Origin: Basidiobolus meristosporus CBS 931.73
Taxonomy: Eukaryota; Fungi; Basidiobolomycota
Direction of reading: 5' to 3'
DNA: 64,000 bases
NCBI GenBank assembly: GCA_002104905.1
Contig: MCFE01000474.1
Span: 4,906-68,905 of the forward strand
Positions 25,781-36,890 of this stretch are shown piece by piece (within the stretch, counting starts at the first letter, position 1; every line of letters starts with the position of its first letter). A model generated the notes under the pieces. That model saw nothing but the letters and a program-made list of their open reading frames with translations, did not search any database and was not told where the DNA came from. The position numbers and the translations under genes were made by a program.

Positions 25781-28176
25781 ATAGAACATGATAACTCTCC
25801 TCTCTTACTGCTGTTATAGATCTAACTGATGTCTGCATCAAGGCCACCAAAATACTCTCAAGTTCAATATCTGTATGCAAGGCAACAGCAGAGGGTTCAG
25901 TTTTGGTTTTGACAATTCTGGATGGAGGATCACTTAAAATGCTCAAATGAAGAAACACCAATGCTTTGACACAGAACATGTGGGCACATCACTTTTGATC
26001 ATTTGCTTAAAATGATCAAAGATTAGCTAATTTCCAGAGTAAAAATTGATACCCAAGCAAATTTGGAGCACTGTCAAGCCTGCATATATGGGAATTAACT
26101 CATGCAACTATTTAAGAGGTCTTTATTAATCAAAACCCACTGGATCTAATTCACTGAGATCTGTGTTGACCAATGCAAAATATATCCTTAAGCTGGATGA
26201 AGTAGTTCATCATTTTTATTGATGTTTATACATGATATATGTGGGTCTACTTCATGGAATGAAAGAATAAGCTCCATCTAAGTTTAGGGACTTTAAAGCC
26301 TGGTGGAGAGAGAAACTGGTGAAAAAATCAAGGAAATACGCTCCAACAATGGTGAAATAGATACCTGAAAACTCTTCATCCACTTGTGTGAGATTCATGT
26401 GATTATATATTAGATTACTGTACAATACTCTCCACAGCAAGATGGGTATCAGATCATAGAAGCAGATCAATCACCAATATAGCAATATAAACAATCCATA
26501 ATCAAAAAATATCTTGAGATATTTTGGTGGAATCAGTTGCTACAGCTTTTGATCTCAGAAGTAGGAGTTCCAGCAGTATACTTTGTGATTCTACTCCATT
26601 TGAGGCATAGTATGGATACAGACCAAGTGCAGAACATATAAGAGTATTTAAGTGCCCTGCTTTTGCCAAGAAACTGTCTGGGAATCAGTCAAAACTTATG
26701 CCAAGAGTGTAAAATACATATTTTTGGCCTACTGCCATGAAAGTAAGAATTATGGGCTTTGAAGTACTAAAGTAGAGAACTTCAGCAAGTTCAGGTATGT
26801 GCCACTTGATGAAAACTCAAAATTCTCATAATATATGACATCAATTGATGCCAAAACTCAGATCTCCGGCCCACTAAGAGTGAGGATTGAATCAAAGTAG
26901 AGTAATGAAAGCTTACTTACTTCAGCAGACTCTACAGGCCTAGTTCACTGTGATTCAGTGCCCAGGAATATCCCAGAAGTGATTATTCCAGTATTACAAG
27001 CCAGGAGATCCAATTGGACTAGAAATAACCCAAATTACAATATTCTATGGGTACAAACTTAGCCTATGTCTATTAAGTCCATATTGATCAGCCCTAGACA
27101 GTTAAAGAGACCCTAAATAGCCTGCAGACAGTATTTTAGAGATTTGCAATGACTGAGGAGTATATGGCCCCAATGGAATATCAAACTTAGGACTTAGCCA
27201 AATTACCTATCAACCAAAAGTTAATTGAATGCAGATGGGTCTTCAAGACAAAATTCAAGGCTGATGGTACAATTGAAAGATCTAAAGTAAGACTTGTGGC
27301 CAAAGAGTACTCCCAAACAAAAGGACTGGACCATACTGAATTCTTTGCACCAGTTACCAAGTTCAATTCCATCAGACCAAAATTGGCTATTGCAGCCAAT
27401 TATAAGTTTTTATTCATCAAATGGATGCAATATTGCACTTTTGAATAGGGAACTTGTTGAGGACATGTACATCAGCCAGTCTGATGAGTTGGCTGACCAA
27501 GATAACCCCCATTTGGTCTGCAAGCTCAAATAATCCTTAAATGATCAGAAACTATCACTAAGAGCCTGGATTCACAAGATATGTGCTTACTGGGACCCTT
27601 TGAGTTTCCAAAGAAGTATTGCTGACTAAGGTATCTACTAAAAGCCATATAGAGCAAATGCAGCTCTATTAGCACTATATGTATATGATCTTATTACAGC
27701 CACCAATAACCAAAAAACATTGCAATAGACTAGATCCAGCCTATCTAAGGAGCTAAAGGTATTCAATCTTGAGGAACTGTAACTACTTTGGGATAAAGCC
27801 CCCTTTAGACATAAGTACTCAGAATACTGCCCTGAGCCAGTCCTAGTGTGTACAAGATATATTCAAGTGCTGTAAGAGTCTTGGAGATATTGGAAATGAT
27901 TGGGAGAACTAGTACATTATGTGGTTTTCACTTAATGATTTATTGAATGTAAAAGTAGTATTTATACTTTTACATGGTCTTGGCATTACAAACACGTAAA
28001 ATAGGCTAAGGAAGGTCCCAAGAACATGTGTGCAAAGTTTGGGGCTGTTTGGACAACTTTGAAAATTTTCATGTTCTGGGTACCTGGTATTTTGGTGAAA
28101 ATATTCCAAGTAAATCCTGACAAGGAATTTGGTCGGTATTCTCTAGGATTTGAGGGTAATGATCTAAGTGACTAAG

Positions 28177-30651
28177 TTAGGTGAATATTAAGGTGGAAAT
28201 ACAAATTTTTACAACACTCCCACTCAGCAAAATGTTCACACTGACTAGTCCTAATTTTGACCTAAGATATTCAAACTTGTCTCTAGCTAATGGTTTGGTA
28301 AATATGTCTGCAATCATTTCATCTGTAGGACAGTAAACTAAGCTAACTAAGTTTTTCTCTATAGCTTCACATATGAAATGATGTCTAATATCTATGTGCT
28401 TGGTTCTAGCATGAAAAGTTGGATCTCTACCTAATTGTATATATCCTTGATTATCTTGAAAAAAAGTAATGGGCATATTTTGACATAGGCCTAAATCTGT
28501 AAAAAGCTTTCTTAACCACATTGCTTCTTTTTTAGCTTCACAGGCTGCCATATACTCTGCCTCTGTGGTGGAAAGTGCTACGGTTGGTTGCTTTCTTGAA
28601 TTCCATGAAATTGCTCCTTTACAGTAAAGAAAGGTGTATCCTGAGGTGGATCTTCTGTCTTCTAAATTTTGTCCCCAATCAGCTTCAGAGTATCCCACAA
28701 AATCCTGTTCTGAATCCTTACAAGTGTATCTTAAGCAGATATCAGCAGTTCCTTTTAGGTATCTAAAAATCCGCTTAACTGCTGCAATATGATCAGATCC
28801 ATAGTTCTGATTATGTAGGCTGACAACTCCCACTGAATATGAGATATCTAGACGTGTTCCAACCATGGTATACATCAGACTGCCAACCATTGACTGATAA
28901 GGAAAGTCAGGGCTTTCAGATGGCACCAAGCTCTCTTGATTTGGTTGAGTTTTGACCAAGTTAAGGTTTGTCTCCATTGGGGTAGCTGCTGGTTTACAGT
29001 CTTCCATTTTGTACTTCTTTAGTATATCTTGAATATACTTGGATTGGCTTAGGGTAATAGTCTGGGTACTTCTGTCTATGGAGAACTTAATCCCTAAGTA
29101 GTAACTAAGTTCTCCTAGATTGGACATCTTGAACTCCTTAGATAGGCTGGATTTAGTCTCTTCCAATGTTGCTAGGTTATTGGTGGCTATAATAAGATCA
29201 TCCACATATAGAGCTAATAGAACTGAATTTGCTCTATCTGGCTTATAGTATACACTATAGTCAGCATTACTTCTTTTGAAACTCAAAGATTCCAAATAAG
29301 AATCTATCTTGCAATTCCAGGCTCTTGGTGATTGTTTGAGACCATATCATGACTTTTTAAGCTTGCAGACCAAATGGGGGTTATCTTGGTCAACAAGCCC
29401 ATCAGGCTGGTCCATATACACGTCCTCATCAAGTTCTCCATTCAAAAATTCAGTTTTTACATCCATTTGATGAATAAAAAACTTATATTTGGCTGCAATA
29501 GCCAATATTCATCTTATGGAATTAAACTTGGCTACCGGTGCAAAGGTCTCAGTATAGTCAAGTCCTTTTGTTTGAGAGTATCCTTTGGCTACAAGTCTTG
29601 CTTTGTATCTTTCAATTGTATCATCAGCCTTGTATTTTGTCTTGAAGACCCATCTGCATCCAATTGATTTTTGGTTGATTGGTAATTTGACTAAGTCCCA
29701 AGTTTGATTTTCCATCAGGGCCTGATATTCCTCAGTCATTACAGATCTCCAAAACTTTGTCTGAGGGCTATTTAGGGCCTCTTTTACAGTCTGGGGCTCA
29801 TCAATATGGACTGAATAGGCATAGGCTAAGTTTGTATCCTCATTGATATAGTAATTTGGGCTATTTCTTGTCTGATTGGATCTCCAGGCATTTGATACTG
29901 GAATGATCACTTCTGGGATATTCCTGGGCACTGATTCTGGCTGAACCACGGTTGTAGAGTCCTATGGAGTGAAAAAATTTTCATTGTTTTGCTCTGATTC
30001 AATCCTGACAATTGGTGGACTTGAGATCAAATTTTTGTCATCATCTGATGTCATTTTTTGTGAAAACTTTGAATTTTCATCAAACAACACATCCCTGGAC
30101 TTGATCAGCTTCTTTGCTTTGGTATTGTAGAGTCTGTATGCCTTACTCTCACTGCAGTAGCCCAAAAATATGCATTTTACACTTCTTAGCTCAAATTTCA
30201 ACTGATTTCCGGCCAGTTTTTTAGCATATGCTGTACACCCAAATATTCTTAGATGTTCTGCACTTGGTCTGTATCCATACCATGCTTCAAATGGAGTAGA
30301 ATCACAAAGTATTCTGTTATAACTCCTATTTTTAAGGTATACAGCAGTGGCAACTGATTCTGCCCAAAAATCATACAATAATTTTTGATCATGATTCATG
30401 GATTGTGCCATAAACTCCCTGAACTTAGACAGAGCTTCTTCCTTTTTCTCCATGAAGTAGACCCATGTGTATCTTGTATAATCATCAATAAAAGTGATTA
30501 AATACTTCATCCCGCCTAAGGATAAATTTAGCATAGGTCCACGCAGATCTGAGTGAATTAGATCTAATTTTTTCTTAGTTTTGATTAACCCAGAGCTCTT
30601 GAATGGTTGTCTGGCTTGTTTCCCATATATGCAGGCTTCACAGTGCTCCAA
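28177..30651 (-). pseudogene. Copia integrase, RT and RNase H (frameshifted, integrase core deleted)
   Basis: LIHSDLRGP, FIDDYTRYTW, WVFKTK, ARLVAKGY, LYVDDLII, SSTEAEY-like LSTTEAEY, KHIDIRHH, ADIFTKPL. Confidence 0.9.
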
Positions 30652-30664
30652 ATTAGCTGGGGGA

Positions 30665-31987
30665 TCAATTTTTCACTCTAGAAATTGGCTGATCATTGAT
30701 CATTTTGCGCAAATAATCAAAATTGATGTGCCCAAATCTCCTGTGCCAAAGCATTGGTGTTTCTTCATTTAAGTTACTTAAATTGGCTTCCAGATATGAT
30801 GGAATATAAGTCAACTTGTATAGATTCTGATCTCTGATGCCCAAAGCAATATGGGCACCATTTTGATCAGTGATCCTGCATCCAGAATTGTCAAAACTGA
30901 AACTGAGTCCTTCTGCTGTGGCCTTGCTTACAGAGAGTAGGTTCTTTGCTATTTCTGGTACATAGAGTACTTCTTTAAAGGTCAGTGTATGGCTTCCTTC
31001 ACTGCTTCTAAGGTTTACTTGGATAGTTCCTTCTCCCACTGCATCAAGTGTTCTATTGTCACCCATGAAAACCTTCTTAATTGGAATTTCTTGATATTGG
31101 GTAAAAAGTTCTTTTTGGTGTGTAAAGTGTTGAGATGCTCCAGAGTCAATATACCACGTCTGAGAACCCTTGTTTGTGGTCATATTTAGTGCAGATATGA
31201 ATAGTCTATCTTCAGTTGTTGCAGCATTTCCATATTCAGGCTTCTTTTGCTGATTATCTCTCTTTTTGAGACACCGGTCTGATGTGTGTCCTTTCCTTTT
31301 GCAGTAGTTACAAAACAGGTTGCTGTTGCCTTTGTAGGGTGTTGGGTACCTCCTTTGTTGGTTATCATTGCTTATTAAAGCATTTTCTTCTTCCTTCTTA
31401 TTAGCACATGATTTTCTTAATTCTTCATCCAGGAGCCTTCCATATATGTAATCTAAGGTCAAATCTTCAGTTCTGGACTCTAGGGCAGATACAAGGCCCT
31501 GAAACTTGTCTGTCAAGCTATTTAGGATGGTAACTATCACATCCTCATCAGTAGTTGGTACGCCCACAGATTCCATCTCATCTACCAGCAGGGTAATTCT
31601 GTAAATTAGATTTTTCATTTCTTCTCCTGGCAGCATCTTTGTAGTAAAGAATTCTTGTCTCAGGTACATCTTCTTGGCAGCTGAACATGACTGGTAGGTG
31701 TCTTCTAATGCTTTCCAGGCATTCTTTGCTGTTTTTGCTCTTGAGCATTGAATTATCAATTTGTCCTTGACATTAAGGCAAATGCAGTTAAAGGCACTTT
31801 GTTCTTTCTTCTGGTACTTTAAGGCTTCCTCTCCCATATTTTTAGGAGGGCATTCTTCTCCCATGACAATATCCCAAAGGCCTCTTTCTTGTAGCAGCAT
31901 CTTCATCTTCACCTGCCATACTTGGTAGTTAGATCCATCCAACTTTTCAGCAGAGGAAAAAATTCCAGTAATAGCAGTAGTAGACAT
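30665..31987 (-). CDS. Copia gag-protease (MSTTAITG...), open to a frameshift at the integrase start
   Basis: KLDGSNYQVW, zinc knuckle CNYCKRKGHTSDRC, protease WYIDSGASQH, GAG-pre-integrase LWHRRFGHIN. Confidence 0.85.
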   Translation of the reverse strand: MSTTAITGIFSSAEKLDGSNYQVWQVKMKMLLQERGLWDIVMGEECPPKNMGEEALKYQKKEQSAFNCICLNVKDKLIIQCSRAKTAKNAWKALEDTYQSCSAAKKMYLRQEFFTTKMLPGEEMKNLIYRITLLVDEMESVGVPTTDEDVIVTILNSLTDKFQGLVSALESRTEDLTLDYIYGRLLDEELRKSCANKKEEENALISNDNQQRRYPTPYKGNSNLFCNYCKRKGHTSDRCLKKRDNQQKKPEYGNAATTEDRLFISALNMTTNKGSQTWYIDSGASQHFTHQKELFTQYQEIPIKKVFMGDNRTLDAVGEGTIQVNLRSSEGSHTLTFKEVLYVPEIAKNLLSVSKATAEGLSFSFDNSGCRITDQNGAHIALGIRDQNLYKLTYIPSYLEANLSNLNEETPMLWHRRFGHINFDYLRKMINDQPISRVKN

Positions 31988-34517
31988 TGCAGAGAGTGAC
32001 AGCTTGGGGCTCATAACCTGTTGTAAGAGTCTTGGAGATATTGGAAGTGATTGGGAGAACAAGTATATTATGTGGTTTTCACTTAATGATTTATTGAATG
32101 TAAAAGTAGTATTTATACTTTTACATGGTCTTGGCATTACAAACACGTAGAATAGGCTAAGGAAGGTCCCAAGAGCATGTGTGTAAAGTTTGGGGCTGTT
32201 TGGACAACTTTGAGAATTTTCATGTTCTGGGTACCTGGTATTTTGGTGAAAATATTCCAAGTAAATCCCAACAAGGAATTTGGTCAGTATTCTCTATGAT
32301 TTGAAGGTGATGATCTAAGTGACCAAGTTAGGTGAATATTTAGGTGCAAATACAAATTTTTACAACATCAAAAAGTACCAAATGGAAGACTGTAAGCTGG
32401 CAGCTACCACAAAGGCAACAAACCTTGATTTGGTCAAAACTCAACCAAATCAAGAGTGCTTGATGCTATCTGAAAGCCCTGACTTTTCATATCAGTTAAT
32501 GGTTGGCAATCAGATGTATATTATACTTGGAACATGTCCAGATATCTTATATCCAGTGGGAGTTGTCAGCCAATATAATAAGAACAGGATCTTGTGGGAT
32601 ACTCTGATATGGATTGGGGACAAAATTTATAGGACTGAAACTCCACAACAGGAAACACCTTTTGTTATGGTGAAGGGACAATTTCATTGAGTTGAGGAAA
32701 GCAACCAACTGTGACACTTTCCACCACAGAAGTAGAGTGTATGGCAGCCTCTGAAGCCACAAAAGAAGCAATTTGGTTAAGAAAGCTTTTTAATATCTTA
32801 GGTTGGTGTCAAAAAATGCCTGTTACTTTATTTCAAAAGTATTAAGGGTGTATACTACTCCATCTAAATATTCACCTAGCTTAGTCACTTAGATCATTAC
32901 CTACAGCACTTAGAGCATGCTGAGCAAGTCCCTTGTTGGGATTTGCTCAGAATGTATTCACCAAAACATCAGGTACCCACAAGATGAGAATTAGATAAGT
33001 TGTCCAAACAGCCCCAAGCTTTACACACATGCTCTTGGGACCTTCCCAGACATACTCAACAAGTTTTTTATGCCAAGACCATGTAAAGTAGAAATGCTAC
33101 TTTTACATTCAATAAATCATTGGGTGAAAACCGCATCATCCACTTGTTCTCCCAGTCACTTCCAATATCTCCAAGACTCTTACAACAGATGACACTATTA
33201 AGTAGACCCCAACAAGGAATCTGATTAGAGTTACCTAAGATCTGTAGGTAATAATCAAAGTGACTAAGTTAGGTGCATATATATGTGCAATTACAAACTT
33301 TAAAATACTTACTACCCTACCCTGGTTGCAGTGCTATCCCTATGAAATATGCCAAAGCTGTAATTCATTAGATTTTTAGCTGGTATTTAGCTGATTTTCT
33401 GATGGTGTTTTGCTGGTATTCAGCTAGTGTTTCTGCTTCAAATGTCAATAGTAATTTTGGGTAGAAGTAATGAGCAGCTGATTACCAAGTTTGGTATGAT
33501 TCCTAGTTGGCCTTGCCTCCCCCTGGAATGGATGTCTGCTGCAATGCTAGTACCTGGAATATTGAGAGTTTTCACTTTTGGGAAAGTTGAAATTCAGCTG
33601 ATATTCTGATGGTATCCTGTTGGCCTTTTCTCAATTTTTTTTTCTTAGGGGATAGTAGAGCCTACTAAGAATGCACTGACTCCATTATAAGACATGGGCC
33701 AGTCACAACCAGAAAATATTCCAACAAAACCCAAATAGGGGACTGGGCAGACAGTACAAGGGTCTAGAAGGGATGATCTTGGTTTCCAGATCAACATTGA
33801 GGCTTACATGCGCTTACAAAAGTTACAACAATTGCAAAAGAAATTCATGTTTGGAATTCCCGCATTTCCAAAGTTGTACTGCTGATTGTAATGGATGGGG
33901 GAGCTGGTAAGAAACTGGACCATTGCACTCGTTCGCCTTGGCCCCTGATCACGCTCCTCCTAGACATCCAGTACGTTGGTAGCTGGTTCCAGTGGTTACG
34001 CCCAAGTAGTGACCACGTTGTCATTGGAGTGAGTGGCTGGCATCCATCCGTGCCCACGTGGTACATTCTCAACAAAAGCCAAGTGGTGTGGCCGTAGCCC
34101 TCTGTCCTCCATCGCTATATCCCCCACAATTACATCCGAAACGCACCATCTGCCTAGTTGCATGGACGATACAACGAAGAGCCTGTCCGTAATTCTGTAG
34201 TGTCTCTTGTCCCCTCTCTGTTGAACCGGGCCCCTCGGCGATTTTCGTCAGTCAATGCATCCCACCGGCCTTAAATGCCGATGCCGGATTGAATTACGCA
34301 TTCGATCTGGCATGACGTTGGAAGGCTGCCTTCTTCTGGCCACGTGATCCACCAATCAGGGGCGTGAACACCGAAATCACGGGCATAGGGCTAGGGTTAG
34401 GCTGAAATTGATTTAGGTCACGCAATAGGGAGGGGGGTGGAGACCGGATCCGACCGTGATATATATATATATATACGATCCATCGAGATCCTGTGTGGAC
34501 GATTTCTCACTTTCATT

Positions 34518-36575
34518 ATGCGGTGGCTTTACTTCGCACCTTTACTACAGATACTGCCTCAGAGCTGGGCGGGAAGACCCTTCACTCCGGAAGATCTTGT
34601 CTCTCTGGACCGGCCTGGTGAGGCCATTCCGTCGCCGGACGGGAGACTAGCAGTGTTCAGCAGCTCCCGGTATAACCTTACCTCGAATTCGAACCTTCGA
34701 AACCTGTGGCTCCTGGATACGTCCACTGGGGAAGTCACCAGCCTCACAACCCCTGGAAAGTCTGGCGACGGGGAGCCAATTTGGCTGGATGACACCACGG
34801 TGGGCTTTGTTGCCACCCACGGCCAGACCTCCCAGCTATGGTCGGTGGACGTGACGAGCGGCAGCTCCACTCCGGTGCAGGTGACCAAGTTCCCCATCGA
34901 CATCGGGAACATCAAGTACCACGCACCAACTCGCCTCCTCACCTTTACCGCGGCGGTGTATTCGGACGGGGGAATCGAGAATGCCGCCACCAGAGATCAA
35001 TCGGCCTCGTTGCGAGCCGACACCGCCCTCGTGTACGATCACCTCTTCGTCAGACACTGGGACCACTTCGTCACTGAGAAGAAGCAGAACATCTTTGCAG
35101 TGCACTTGGCCAAGAGTCGGGATGGCTACAACCTGGTTGGGGAGCCAGTGAATGTGATGGCCAAAGCCCCCTTGGAATCCCCGGTGGATCCGTTCGGGGA
35201 CGCGGGAGACTATGCCATCTCCCCGGATGGTAAGGAGATCGCCTTCCTATCCAAGCGGCCCGGCAGAGATCAGGCTTGGGAGACGGACATCAATGTTTAC
35301 GTGGTGGCCTCGGATGGCTCCACCAATCCGAAATCCCTGACCGACCAAAACCTGGGCCAAACTGCATCTCCGGCTTACTCCCCGGACGGTAGCACCCTGG
35401 CGTGGCTGCAGATGGAGCGACCTGGGTTCGAGGCGGATCGTCTACGGGTCATTCTGTTCGATCGGGAGTCCCAGCAGTCGAGCTACCTCAACCAGAAATG
35501 GGATCGCAGCCCCAGTAGCATCACCTGGTCCACCGATTCCAAGTCTCTCTACCTACCCACCAACGACCACGGTCGAATCAAGCTATTCGAGGCGAATGTT
35601 CGCACAGGACGCATCCGGCCGCTGACCGAGCAGGGTAGTGTGGCCTCGGTTTCGGTCCTAGATGAGGATTCGTTACTTCTGACCGCGAACGCGATGCACC
35701 ATCCCAATGAGTTCTACACCCTGAAGGTCCAAGGAAACAAGCTGACCCAGATCTCCCGCATCCACGAGGCCAAGACCAGCCAGCTGTACCTCCCGGAAGC
35801 GGAGGACTTCTGGTTCTCCGGCGCCAAAGGGGACAAAGTCCAAGGTTGGATACTGAAGCCTTACGACTTCGACCCGAAGAAGACCTATCCGGTCGCGTTT
35901 CTGGTGCACGGTGGCCCACAAAGCGCCTGGACCGACTCTTGGAGCACCCGTTGGAACCCTGAGATCTACGCCTCCGCCGGCTATGTCACAGTGGCGATCA
36001 ATCCACGAGGTTCCACCGGCTACGGTCAGAAGTTCACCGACGAGATCTCGCGTAACTGGGGAGGCCTTCCATTTTATGATTTGATGAAAGGCCTGGACTA
36101 CGTCCTGGCCAAGTACAAGTTCACCGACAAGCGTCGTGTATGTGCCTTGGGTGCCAGTTACGGCGGGTACATGATGAACTGGTTCAACGGGCACACCAAT
36201 CGGTTCAAGTGCTTGGTCAACCACGACGGGATGTTCTCCAGCGTCGGAAGCTTCTACTCCACTGAGGAGCTTTGGTTCCCTGAGTGGGAGTTCGGAGGAA
36301 AACCGTGGGAGCCCAAAGCGAGGATGATCTACGAGAGGTGGTCCCCGGCCAACTACGTCCAACGCTGGCAGACGCCTACCTTGGTCATCCACGGCGGCAA
36401 GGATTATCGTTTGGTCGACGGGGAAGGCTTCTCGACCTTCACCGCGCTGCAACGACAAAATATCCCCTCTCGTCTGGTCTACTTCCCCGACGAGAACCAC
36501 TGGGTGTTGAAACATGCCAACTCCCTCCGCTGGCATGCCGAGGTCTTAGGTTGGCTCCACCAGTGGACCCATTGA
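34518..36575 (+). CDS. DPP5: Secreted dipeptidyl-peptidase V-like S9 (prolyl oligopeptidase family) serine peptidase, intronless, 685 aa
   Basis: Signal-like MRWLYFAPLLQILPQSWA, beta-propeller repeats, VHGGPQSAW, nucleophile GASYGG, Asp in HGGKDYRL, His in DENHW. Confidence 0.9.
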   Translation: MRWLYFAPLLQILPQSWAGRPFTPEDLVSLDRPGEAIPSPDGRLAVFSSSRYNLTSNSNLRNLWLLDTSTGEVTSLTTPGKSGDGEPIWLDDTTVGFVATHGQTSQLWSVDVTSGSSTPVQVTKFPIDIGNIKYHAPTRLLTFTAAVYSDGGIENAATRDQSASLRADTALVYDHLFVRHWDHFVTEKKQNIFAVHLAKSRDGYNLVGEPVNVMAKAPLESPVDPFGDAGDYAISPDGKEIAFLSKRPGRDQAWETDINVYVVASDGSTNPKSLTDQNLGQTASPAYSPDGSTLAWLQMERPGFEADRLRVILFDRESQQSSYLNQKWDRSPSSITWSTDSKSLYLPTNDHGRIKLFEANVRTGRIRPLTEQGSVASVSVLDEDSLLLTANAMHHPNEFYTLKVQGNKLTQISRIHEAKTSQLYLPEAEDFWFSGAKGDKVQGWILKPYDFDPKKTYPVAFLVHGGPQSAWTDSWSTRWNPEIYASAGYVTVAINPRGSTGYGQKFTDEISRNWGGLPFYDLMKGLDYVLAKYKFTDKRRVCALGASYGGYMMNWFNGHTNRFKCLVNHDGMFSSVGSFYSTEELWFPEWEFGGKPWEPKARMIYERWSPANYVQRWQTPTLVIHGGKDYRLVDGEGFSTFTALQRQNIPSRLVYFPDENHWVLKHANSLRWHAEVLGWLHQWTH

Positions 36576-36890
36576 GGATCAGCTTAAAACAGAATATTTA
36601 AAGCAACATTCAATTCCTGTATATCCAATGAATAAACCCAATCCTCATCTGATCCAATTGGCCCACCCAGGGAATGTTTGTTTACTGGAAGAAATTGTTG
36701 ATCCAGATTAGAGTGCCCCTCCGAGAGAGGTAAACAATGGCCAGTGAGGAAGTTGGAAGACAGTAGGTTCCTCACCAACATTCGTTAGCTAGACTTGACT
36801 CGAAGCCCATCTTTTCGGGAGACAGACACTCAGTTTAAGCACGAAACCCCCCCCCATTTAAAGTTTAGTGAAGACCTCCTCTGGAGAACT

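Larger units (their letters stand above)
27868..32367 (-). mobile_element. Full-length Ty1/Copia element (4.5 kb), non-autonomous
   Basis: Two 349-bp LTRs (27868-28216, 32019-32367) with about 17 differences by eye. PBS GGTTATGAGCCCC next to the 5' LTR, PPT TGAGTGGGAG, TSD TCAAG/TCAAA. Order gag-PR-IN-RT-RH. Confidence 0.95.
25950..33187 (+). mobile_element. Older decayed Copia (integrase-RT-RNase H plus partial 3' LTR ~32855-33187), split by a nested insertion
   Basis: Homologous to the inner element in opposite orientation. RT reads QDIF(K) before 27868 and resumes KKYQMEDCKLAAT at 32368. Confidence 0.85.

Noticed and set aside
31988-32260. N-terminal extension of gag from the LTR (MEYFHQN...), and similar ORFs at 27909 and 59252
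   Set aside because: Non-ATG start inside the LTR; the conserved gag begins at ATG 31987 after the PBS. The same peptide recurs only because the LTR is repeated.
34386-34401. Telomere-like TAGGGCTAGGGTTAGG upstream of DPP5
   Set aside because: Too short (under 3 units) to call an interstitial telomere or telo-box.
34437-34517. Upstream GTG start of the peptidase ORF through an (AT)n tract
   Set aside because: The ATG at 34518 begins the signal peptide; the upstream part is promoter or UTR.
34518-36575. DPP5 as a bacterial horizontal transfer because it is intronless
   Set aside because: DPP5-like genes are widespread in fungi, other island genes have long exons, and codon usage matches its neighbours. 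Only a phylogeny could support transfer.
34559-36601. Long antisense and alternative-frame ORFs over DPP5 (also over CTF18, PCCA, PCCB)
   Set aside because: Expected shadows of GC-rich codon bias; no recognisable motifs.
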